From: Phyllosticta citribraziliensis | Lineage: Eukaryota | Direction of reading: 5' to 3' | NCBI RefSeq assembly: GCF_038025025.1 | Contig: NW_027117341.1 | Coordinates: forward strand, 992,001 to 1,056,000 | DNA length: 64,000 nt | Part shown: positions 1-10,700 of the stretch, piece by piece | Position numbering within the stretch: the first letter of the stretch is position 1 | Layout of the letters: each line of letters starts with the position of its first letter | Notes under the pieces: model-generated | Told to the model about the DNA's origin: nothing | Database searches by the model: none | The model's input: only the letters and a program-made list of their open reading frames with translations | Position numbers and translations under genes: made by a program

Positions 1-350
1 AGAGGCTAAGCCAAGAGCTGGAGAGACTCAAGTGCGAGCTTGAAGACGTTGAGGTGCAGGGCGTTGAAGGTGGTGAGCGCAAGGTTGACCTCGCGGAAGA
101 GGATGCCGTTGTGTATGTCGCTGCGCCATTTCTTAACGCTCTTCGAGGCCATCCGCTGACTTCCCCGCTTTGTAGGCTCAAACTGAGGGCCTACCGCTCA
201 CTCGGTATCGACGTCGAAGCCGATCCGGCCACCGGCAACTACAACAAAGCCGTCATTCGAAATGCTGCCAAGGGAGATGTTCACGTAGTCAACATCGATC
301 CTAAATTCTCGCGCTTCTTCTACGCCAGGTATTTTTGGGACACAATGTAA
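1..350 (+). CDS. SPC24: Kinetochore Ndc80-complex subunit Spc24, 3' part (gene starts before the window); intron 113-175
   Basis: The open frame from base 3 gives a coiled coil (RLSQELERLKCELEDVEVQG) followed by the fungal Spc24 C-terminus (VLKLRAYRSLGIDVE...KAVIRN..KGDVHVVNIDPKFSRFFYARYFW). There is a 63-bp in-frame intron GTATGT...GCTGAC...TAG at 113-175; stop TAA at 348-350. Confidence 0.85.
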   Translation, partial: RLSQELERLKCELEDVEVQGVEGGERKVDLAEEDAVVYVAAPFLNALRGHPLTSPLCRLKLRAYRSLGIDVEADPATGNYNKAVIRNAAKGDVHVVNIDPKFSRFFYARYFWDTM

Positions 351-524
351 GCGGAATCGCTGCTGTGGGTATTGAATCTGGATTTCGGGGCGTTTGCGGT
401 GTCATTGGGCGTTCTACGCAATTGATGGATCGGGAATGAGAATCGGGTTGATACCAAGGGGCTTCGTTCTTTCCAGCGTTATCTGCCGAGCTCCACTCGT
501 AGGTAAACGTATACTCTGCTAATT

Positions 525-1859
525 CTAGAGACCACACATTCCCAGAATTATCTGAACCGTGGCTTCCTCGTTGTTGATGTCTCCAACGTACCCAATCCAT
601 CCTTGTCCAATCTTTGTCCATGCAGCTGGCGTTTCGGTACGTTGTGAGTCCCAGCCATCAAAGGGCTCATAGAGCCTGGCTTCGTGCGCTACGTTCTTCA
701 GGTGCAGTGCCTTTTGATTGGACAATGCCGGAAGGCGTGCTGGTGAGGGTACTTTCGCTGCTGCAATCTGGTTGATGCGGGCAGTCAGTCGTTGATAAGA
801 GCCAGATTCCCAGGGAAGCTCGAAGTGCGTGCGGAAGAAGGCGGTGAGCTCTGGTGGACTTATGAAGCTGCTGAATATGCAGCAAAAGATAACAGTGCCG
901 CCGCTCGATACGTATTCTTTTAGCTTTGACAAAAGCGCCTGGTGCTTGCGTTTGTTGGCAACTTCGGGATCGACGACGAGGATCTTGTCGGGGCGATGAG
1001 CGCCCAAGTAGTCCAAGGCAGACCTGGCATCGGTTTCTTGTTGAACTTGTGCATAGTCTTCGAGGGTATTCCAAAAGCCCGCGTACATCTCATTGAACAA
1101 AGGAACTTCTTCAAGGCACAGGACGAAGATCTTCGCTTGTCGGTTGGTCTCTCTGATTCCCTTTTCACGCTTGTCCAGTGCTTCATTCGCGAGTGAGTCG
1201 GCTTCCTGATTTTGTTCCCGTGGCACATGCCAAAACTGCACCAAGACATCCCCATCTTCGAGTTCTTTGATGTCATTGTCCAACGTCTCGAACAGGTCCC
1301 GGTTGGCGACTGGAGCGCCCCTTGAATTCTTCCACTGGTTTCTCTTCCATTTGGAGATCCACTCGGCCGCGCCACGAACAAGGTATTCAGAATCTGCCTT
1401 TATAACAATCTGCTTCAGACCCGGTACCTTTCCCTTGGGCATCAACATCCGCGGTAACATCAGGCGCTTGGCTGCTTCCAATGCCATGATCCTGCCGGTA
1501 AGTTCAGCGCGCTGGCTAGTAGGAGTGACGCGATCTGCAGGCAAAACTTTTGCTCTGTTGTAGGATGACGACGGAGAGAAGTAAATGGAACAAGCGGCCA
1601 AAGAATTGGGCTGGCCATTCCTTCGACAGCCGCCATCGACGGCGATGAGGACTGAGCCGCTGTGAGCTGCCACAGCACCGGAGCTTCCCTGGGCTTCGTG
1701 ACAGGGTGCTCTAATGTACATGTAGGTTTCTCCGTCTTGGCCAGCTTCGTATCTTTTGAGGGCTCCTGGGTTGTCAAAGACGGCATTTCCGGGAAAGAGG
1801 CGACTCTGGCGAGACGTGCAGAAGTCGTCGTTCAGAATGTGATGTGAAGGTTTGCTCAT
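525..1859 (-). CDS. RNase H1-like domain fused to a ~200-aa C-terminal alpha/beta domain (class I glutamine amidotransferase-like by appearance)
   Basis: Intact single ORF with RNase HI motifs AVDGGC, TSQRAEL, IKADSEY, WISKWKRNQWK, VANRDL, WHVPREQNQEADSLA (all four acidic catalytic residues present). The ATG at 1859 is preferred because the longer ORF start (1979) lies inside an LTR beginning at 1949. Confidence 0.8.
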   Translation of the reverse strand: MSKPSHHILNDDFCTSRQSRLFPGNAVFDNPGALKRYEAGQDGETYMYIRAPCHEAQGSSGAVAAHSGSVLIAVDGGCRRNGQPNSLAACSIYFSPSSSYNRAKVLPADRVTPTSQRAELTGRIMALEAAKRLMLPRMLMPKGKVPGLKQIVIKADSEYLVRGAAEWISKWKRNQWKNSRGAPVANRDLFETLDNDIKELEDGDVLVQFWHVPREQNQEADSLANEALDKREKGIRETNRQAKIFVLCLEEVPLFNEMYAGFWNTLEDYAQVQQETDARSALDYLGAHRPDKILVVDPEVANKRKHQALLSKLKEYVSSGGTVIFCCIFSSFISPPELTAFFRTHFELPWESGSYQRLTARINQIAAAKVPSPARLPALSNQKALHLKNVAHEARLYEPFDGWDSQRTETPAAWTKIGQGWIGYVGDINNEEATVQIILGMCGL

Positions 1860-1948
1860 GGTCTGTGTGTCCAACACAGGTGGTGTTGCATGCGAGACCT
1901 TATTAGAGTGGAACGACTTCCCTTCAGAATGTGTTGTGCCTCTAAGAG

Positions 1949-2336
1949 TGTTGCGCGCGAGCAGTCGCGCTGCTTGCATTTCATGGTGTTCGGCGCTTGC
2001 CGCTTATGTGTACGCTAGCCGTATTTAGTTAGCTTAGGAGTAGATAGTTATTCTATATAGGCTATATAATAACTACTCTTACTCCTTATCTATTAATTAT
2101 TAGTAGTCTATAAGACCTACTCTACTAGATACTATTATTACGCGCTATATAGTATATATAGTTTATATTTTATAGTATTTAGTACTTAGTATTTACTACT
2201 TATATATATACTAGCTATTTATAGCTAGCCTAGGAGTAGATAGTTATTCTATATAGGCTATATAATAACTACTCTTACTCTCTATCTATTAATTATTAGT
2301 AGTCTATATTAATTTACTCTACTAGGTACTATAATA
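1949..2336 (+). repeat. Two tandem family-A LTRs (1949-2135, lacking a few terminal bases; 2136-2336), followed by ~90 bp of family-A leader (2337-~2427)
   Basis: Both align with the LTRs of the complete element at 47223-47421 and 53047-53245 (start TGTTGCG/TATTAC, end CTCTACTAGG..CTATAATA). 2337-2427 matches 47422-47511. Confidence 0.9.
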
Positions 2337-2458
2337 CTATTAAAAAGTATCTTACTACTTATAAGAGGATAAGACTTATTATCTATCTCTTACTAATAAG
2401 TTTTCTTACTTTAATTATACCCTATATAGTATTATTATAGTACCTAGTATAAGATAGT

Positions 2459-4707
2459 TATTATAATAGGTATTTATATACCTATATAAGTACTAAGGCT
2501 AGTATAGATAAATCTAGTATTATATAGTTATAAGCTACTAGCTACTATAGCCTTAGATTAAATACTAGTTATACCTTAGGCTAATACTAGCTACTATAGC
2601 CTTAGATAGATATAGTATAATAACCTATTAATACCTTATCTTTAGAAATAACCTAATAATAACTATTAACCCTTATATAAAGATAAGAAAATAAAAAGGT
2701 ATAAAGGAAAGGCTAAGAAATAGATAGGAAATAAGTATCTTTTATATTTTATTCTTTTAACTTATTATATTTAATTAAGATATATATATTTTCTCTAGTA
2801 ATTTATCTTTAGCCCTAACCTATAAAATAAGAACCTTATAAGTTATAATAGATATAAAAGATTATTCTAAATATTAGCTCTATTTTATTTTATTACCTAT
2901 AAAGGTATTATAATATTTAATCTAAGTAATATTATATATAGTTATAGTCTTATATAAGACTACTTATTACTTTTCCCTAGTAAATTTAAGTTATCCTTAT
3001 TAGGTATATTAGTATTATTTAATAAATAAGGAGTATTAAGTATATATTAACTATAGAAGTCTTTATTTAAGACTATAGAGTAATATATAAATATTTAAAA
3101 GGTATCCTATTTATACCTATTTAAGGGATATTCTAAATAGAAGACTATTAAAAATAGTATAATTAATAAAGAAGTCTATATATCTAGTACTACTAGTAGT
3201 ACTAGTACTAGTTAATTTATTTAATAAAATTTATATAAGAGATAAGAAGATTTTTATAATCTAGAATAATTCTTAATTAAAGATAATAATTCTCCTTCTC
3301 TAATTAAACTCTATAACTTTACTTTAATTAGTCTAATAATAGTAATAGAATATTTTTAAATCCTTAATTCTACCTATATAATAAAAGCTCTAATTATAGA
3401 GGCTTTTATAAAGGTACTACTTTAAGAGATTAAATAATTTAATTATAAGATAGCTTCTTTAAATAAGCCTTATATATAGTAGTAACTTATTTATATATAA
3501 AGGTATACTTAGGCTCTTAAGTAAATAGTCCTAAATTATACTTAGGCCTTAATATAAATTATTAAGAATAATTAAATTAGAGATTTTAAACCTCTTTATA
3601 GCTAGAGACCTATTAACTTTTTTTAAAATCCTTTTATTAAAAGAATATAAAGAATTTATAATACTTTACCTATTTATATAAGAGAGATTATTACTAAAAC
3701 TCTCTCTTTTATTACTTTTAATAAGAAATATTAAAATAGAAAGGTTCTTAATTCTTCTCTTCTTATTAATAGAGAAGACCCCTTATATAAATACTAAACC
3801 CTTCTTATTTAAAATAAAATTAAATAAAATTATAACTATTTTACTAAAAGTATAGTAGAGGAAACTAAGAAGAATATTATAGGATATATTATCTCCTATA
3901 TTAATAGAGAAGTCTTATAATACTTAACTCCTTTCTTAACTTCTTATATAAAAGTTAATAAAGTTACCTTAGATAAGAATATCTTTAAATTCCTAAATAA
4001 CCTCCTTTAGAGTCTATATAAGTATAAGGATACTAAGAAATAGCTATATATACTAGTATATTATATACTAGTAGACCTTTAGAAGTTTTAATCTAACTTT
4101 ATATAATTAGCTTTAGATATAGACCTTCCTTAAAAATAATAGAAAGAGGACTTCTATAATATAATAGATCTACTCCTTTAAACCTATATAGTTACTATAG
4201 AGTAAAATAAGAATATTAACTTTTATAAATATCTCTAATTAGCCTATTTAATTATTTAAAGTCTTAGTAATTACTAATCTAGCTATAGAAAGACTATACT
4301 TACTTTATATAAAGAATATATAAAGAAAAGATAATAAAAAAGAGTAAGAACTACTACCTTAAGTAGTATAAGTACCTTATCTTTAAGCTATATTTAGGCT
4401 TAATCTATCTCTAGGGCTTCCTTATATAATACTACTTATAAAGGTAAGGCTAAGGTCTATATAGAAATTAGACTATATAATTAATATAGCTAGTTTAGCT
4501 ATTTATAGAGATAATATCTATAACTAGAATCTAAGATAATAGAGTTAGTAGAAGAAGAATAAGTAAAAGATAATTATATAGAGTAAGACTAGCCTTTATC
4601 CTTAGAAAATAATAAGGCCTAGGTAAAGTCTCCTACTTTAAGTCTAAATTTAGAGTAGTATATATTAAGGGTTCTTATATAAATCTTAGTTACTTTATTA
4701 GAGGTAA
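2459..4707 (+). mobile_element. Family-B Gypsy element, 5' fragment: LTR (2459-2850) + leader + gag
   Basis: Reverse complement of ~56165-58455 over its whole length. A RIP'd CCHC knuckle lies at ~4470-4525. Similarity to the other copy stops abruptly at 4707. Confidence 0.88.
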
Positions 4708-4798
4708 TATAATAGTATACTTTAGGTAATCCTAATTAGGTAATTACTAAGGCCAGTTAGTACTTAACTAATAGTTCTAGGTATCTAGATATAGTACT

Positions 4799-7700
4799 TA
4801 ATAAGTAGTAATAAATAATAACCCCTAAAGATAGTTATATATACCTAGCCTAATCCTTTATTATATAGGGCTTATATATGCCTAGATAATAAAATACTAA
4901 GGTAGAGTATAGTAGGTAGAGCTATATAACCTAATATCTAGTCTATTAGCTTATATAATAGAGAGGTACTTCCCTATTAAATAAGAGGTATAAGGAAGGT
5001 AAGTAGACCCTTTTAATTTATACTACTATAATTAAATAACCTTAGACTATTTTCTAAAGGCTACCTAATAGATAATAATATAGACTAAATTATTATATAC
5101 TTAGTTATAAGAAATATATAGAGGTAGAATATTAATCCTTAATAAAGAATTAATAAATAAAATTACTACTAAAGAGAAAGCTATTCTAGAGGGCTAGGAG
5201 GCCTCTTTATATACCTTTCTAGTTAGTAATAAGCTAATCTACTAGCTAGCTATTAGTAAGACTTATTTATTAGTTATAAATTACCTCTAACTCTTAACTA
5301 TAACTCTTACTATTAAAGTTCTTCTAGACTAATTTATTTAGATCTAGACTATAGACTATAATACTACTATATCCTTATTCTAAGGAGTGGCTTTAAAGTC
5401 TAAAATATAAAGGAGATAATATAAACCTTAACTAGGTTAAGTACCCTAGATTTACTAGAGGTATTAACTTTTCCTTCTTCTTTTTACTTTCTATTTTAGA
5501 AGGAACTAACCGCGCTACTTTTCCCTAACTAGGACTATTCTTTAGTCCTTATATAGCCCTTTATATCCTAATATTAATAACTAACTTTTATCTATTAGTT
5601 CTCTTAGAATAAACCTTTACTTTAATTTATAAGAAGGGATATCCTCCTTTTTCTCTTCCTTAGACCTAAATTACCCTTTACTTATAAGTTATACTTTTAG
5701 GTCTTATAATAGCTTTATATAGGACTATTATAATAATAGCTTATTAGGAAATATAGTAAGATTCCTAAGAGCCTAATAGTATACCTAGTAAGTTAGGTAC
5801 TAGGGGTAATATAAGGGTTTATCCCTAGATAGTATAATAACCTTTATTTAAGAAGGTTTACTAGATTAGGAGCTTTCTAGGTAACTTTTAGATAAGCTTA
5901 ATATATAAGCTTATAGAGTAGAATTAGGTAATTTAAATAGTATATTTCCTATCCTAATCTAGTAACTTATTAGTAAGATATTTAAAAGAGAAAGAAATAC
6001 TTAAATAATACTTCCCTATAGAAAATTACCTAGTAGATAGATAAACTTTAGAACTTCTAGATAAATACTATAGCCTTTAAGGTATTATATAATAATACTC
6101 CTTAGGCTTAGTTACCCTCTAATCTATCTTAATATATAGGTCCTTTCTATATAAAGACCTAACTAGGACCTCCCTACCTACCTAATAGGGACTAGAGTAC
6201 TAAAAACCTTATACTTAGGTTCTATACTTCTATATAGTAGAAGTCTAGAATATCTTTTAGAATTACTATATCTTAACTAGTTATTAAGTTATTATAGTTA
6301 GAAGTTATTAGGAAGAATAATCTACTTAATAACTTTACTTTAATTAAGGAATCCTTACTTCCTTAATATCTAATTAAAACTAGGTTTTATTAGAGAGTTA
6401 GTTTTACTTTAGATATAGCCTCTATATAATTATATAGGTAGTAGATAACTACTATATAATTATATAGGAAGAAAGATCCTTCCTATAATTTTTATTAGGT
6501 ACTAGGCTCTAGATTAATTAGGCTAGTATATTTTATTAGTAGTTAAAGAAATTACTAATTAGTAAAGTACCTTCTTTCTAGTTATTCTAATTATTAGTTA
6601 GGTATTATCTAACTCTCTAGTATTTTACTTTACTAGAAAGAATATACTTAGTTAGAGACTTTAGTCTATTATTATATAATAAATACTAGTTCTCTTAGTA
6701 CTAGAAAAAGGTATATAAGAAGGCTTTAAGTCCCTTTAAATAGCTTCTCTAGTAATAACTCTCTCTTTAACCTTTTAATTACTTTTATCTTTACTAAATT
6801 TACTCTTTTTATTTAAAAGACTTTTCTTTATCTATTTAAGACTACTAATTTATTAAGATATATATCTTATAACCTACTAGTAAATAGACTAGAAAGGTAT
6901 AGAGATATCTCTTTTAGTATAGGTTTATATAGTAGTCCTCCTCTATATTAATACTAAAATAAGGCTATACCTCCTTACTTTAATATTCTATCTTAGAAAA
7001 CCTAGGAGTTATATAACCTCTACTAACTATAATCCTACTTTAGATACTTATATAATAATATATATTTATTATTTTAAAGGGACTAGGCCCTAGTATATAA
7101 TAATATCTATCTAGAGGCTAATTTCTCTCTAAGTAATTACTTAATTATTTAAGGATTATATAAAAGAATTAGGTACTTAGGGAAATTATCTATATATTTA
7201 AGTAGTCTTAGCTATTAAGCCTATTTATAGGGATAGCCTAGGTAATACTATTATAGCTTTATTACTCCTAGAGAAGGTTCTCTAGGTTTTCTTAAACTTT
7301 TATCTATCTAAGTTTATTAGAATATTAGATATACTTACTATATATCTATATTCTTTTTACTTATTTAGACTATAGATCCTACTTAACCTATTCTAGATTA
7401 GGCTACTATTTAGGCTAATATAGAGGCTTCTAATAATACTTATTTCTCTACTATAAAAAGAGTAGTAGAAGGTATTTAATCTAGTCTTAATAAGCTAAGG
7501 GTTTAATAAGAAAATAATTAGATACCTCTACTACTAGTACCTCCTTAAGAAACCTTTAGTAATCTAAAAGATAAATACTATATTAAAGTATCTAAGCTAG
7601 ATACTTATAATAGCTCTAAAAATAAATTAGAACCTTATTTAATTTAGGTTTCTAATTATTTCCTATTCTTTAGCTATCTCTTTAGTAGTAAAGTAGAAAA

Positions 7701-10700
7701 AATTATATTTACTACTTCCTTTTTAAAAGGATCTACCTTTAAATAGTTTAACCCTTTTAGATAGGATTTTAATAAGAAAGACTATTTTTATAAGAGAGAT
7801 TTTATTAAGGACCTATTTAATAGCTTTAATAATTATACTAAAGTTATATAGGAAATCTTTAGTATCTATAATAAAAAGAAAGATATAGAAAGATACCTTA
7901 CTTAATTAAAATAATAAAAAGCTACTATAGATTATACTACTTTATTCTAGTAATTAGCTACTAAAGTAGACTAGAATAAGGCTACCTTAATATACTAATA
8001 TAAACTAGGATTAAAAGAAAGAATTAAAGATAAGCTTATTAGATAAAATTCTTCCTCTTCTTTATCTAGTCTTATAAATTCTACTATTAGAATTAATAGT
8101 AGAAGCTACTAAAGATATAAGGAGACTAGAGGAGTAAATTATTATAATAAAGATACTTCTATAAATTAAGGAGACTCTATAGATATAGGGGTAATATATA
8201 AAGGAAATAATCTATACTATCCTTCTAATCCTAAGGGGAAAAAGTCTTATAACTATAATAATAAACCTAGCTATAAGAAAAAGAATAATAAGGGTAATTA
8301 TTCTATAGCTTATACTACTTATAAGGATCCCCTAGATACTATAAATAATAATAAAGAGTAAGGAATTAATTCTAAGGTAAAAAACTAGAAAAGGCTTTAA
8401 TAAATAGGGTTACTAAAGCTACTACTTTACTTTTTAATAAAGGAAGTAAATCCCTAGTATCTATAAAGGAAGCTATACCTTATAGTAATACTAATAAGAG
8501 AGGGAATAATTATAATAGATACCTAGTTATTATAATATATCTAAATAGAATTAAAGCTAGAGCTTTAATAGATACTAGAGCCTAAGGAATATATATAGAC
8601 TCTAAATTCTAGAGATAGTATAATATAGCTATAAGGGATAAATTAATACCCTATAAGCTTTATACTATAGATAGAAGTCTAGTTAAAGAAGATAAAGGGT
8701 AGGTTTTACTAGAAATTAAACCTATAGCCCTAGAATATAGAAAGACCTACTAGGAAAAGATTATATTAGATATTAATAGGATCCTAGGCTATAATTTAAT
8801 ACTTAGAATACCTTAGTTAAGGAAATAGGAGCCTATTTTAGACTTTAAGAAGTCTAATCCTATTACCTTTTATTCTAAAAATCTAGCTAATATCTATAAC
8901 TATAGGTATAAAAAATACCTATTATTATAAGATATTAAACTAGAAATTATAGAGCCTAAAATATAAATATCTACTATATCCTATAAGTCTCTTAAGAAGA
9001 AAAGAAAAAATAAAGATATCTTTATTTACTAGTATAAACTAGATAAATTACCTACTCTTATAAAACTAAGGCCTATAGGTTATAATTTAAAGAATATAGA
9101 TATTTAAAACCCTACTAGGCTAAAAGTCTAATTTAGAAAGCTACTTAAAACTATTTATAATACTAAGGAAAAAATACTCCTTAATAAAAGAAGTAGTAAA
9201 GATAGCTCCTTAGAGAAAAGCTATATAGAAAAGGTCCCTAAGAAATATTATTAATACCTAGATTTATTTCTTAATAAAGAGGATTCTAGTACTTTACCTA
9301 AATATTAGCCTTATAACTATAAAATTCCTATAAAAGAAGGAGAAAATCCTATATTTAATCCTATATATTCTCTATTTAATATAGAATTAGAGGCTCTTAA
9401 GACCTATTTAGATAAGAATATAAGAAAAGATTATATTAGACCTTCTTCTTCTCTATATAGATCTCTTATATTATTTATACTTAAATATAATAGTAAATTA
9501 TACTTCTATATAGACTACTATAAGCTTAATAGTATAACTATTAAGAATAGGTAGCCCCTATCTTATATAGATAAACTATAAGATAGGCTTAATAGTACTA
9601 AGTATTTTATTAAGTTAGATTTAAGAGATAGGTATTATTTAATAAGGATAAAAGATGGAGAAGAATAGAAAACTACCTTTAAGACCTACTTTAGATTATT
9701 TAAGTATTTAGTAATACCCTTTAGCCTTATTAATACTCTAGCTACTTTTTAGGTACTTATAAATAATACTTTAAAAGAATATTTAGATATCTTTATAACT
9801 ACCTATCTAGATAATATTTTAATCTACTCTAATAGTCTAGAGGAGTATAAAGAATATATATTAAAGGTTTTAGCTAAACTAGAAGAAAGAAGACTTCTAA
9901 TTAAGCCTAAAAAATATATATTCTCTTCTTAAGAAGTTAAATTCCTAGAATTTATAATAAGGCCTAATAAAGTCCTTATAGATTCTAATAAAGTAAAGTC
10001 TTTATTAGAATAGCCTACTCCTAAGACTATTAAAGAGATATAGTCCTTTCTAGGATTCTATAACTTTTATAGAAGGTTTATAAAAGACTATAGTAAAATA
10101 GTTAAGCCTCTTATATACCTTACTAAAAAAGATATACCCTTTAACTAGACTAAGGAGTAAGAAGATTCTTTAAATAAATTAAAAGAGGCTTTTACTGTTA
10201 CCCTAGTTTTAAAGATCTTTAATTATAAATCTCCTATTACTTTAGAAACTAATACTTTAGATTATACTATAGGGGCTTATATAAATTAGCCTAATATAGA
10301 AGGAAACCTTTATCTTATAGCTTATTACTCTAGAAAGCTATCTCTAGTAGAATTAAACTATAATATCTATAATAAAGAATTACTAGCTATAGTAATAGCT
10401 TTTAAAGAATAGAGATATTATTTAGAAGGCTCTAAATATTCTATATCTATTATAATAGACTATTCTAATTTAAGGTACTTTACTAGTACTAAATAATTAA
10501 CTTACTACTAAGCTAGATAGTTAGAAATACTATCTAACTATAATTTTACTATTTCCTACTATAAAGGAAAGGATAATAATAGGGCTAATATCTTATCTAG
10601 ATAATTAGACTATATATTAAATAATAAGTCTACTCTAAAGACTATATTTAATAAAACTAAAAATAGAGATTTAATTATTAATAAACCTTAAGTAAATATA

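Noticed and set aside
1..350. Kinetochore gene SPC24 beside the island as evidence for a centromere
   Set aside because: Gene location has no known link to centromere position; treated as coincidence.
301..1847. Short alternative-frame and antisense ORFs overlapping the RNase H and SPC24 genes
   Set aside because: Shadow ORFs of GC-rich coding sequence with no recognisable motifs.
1860..1979. N-terminal 40 aa of the 484-aa ORF as genuine coding sequence
   Set aside because: Its ATG and first 10 codons lie within an LTR; 1859 is the more plausible start.
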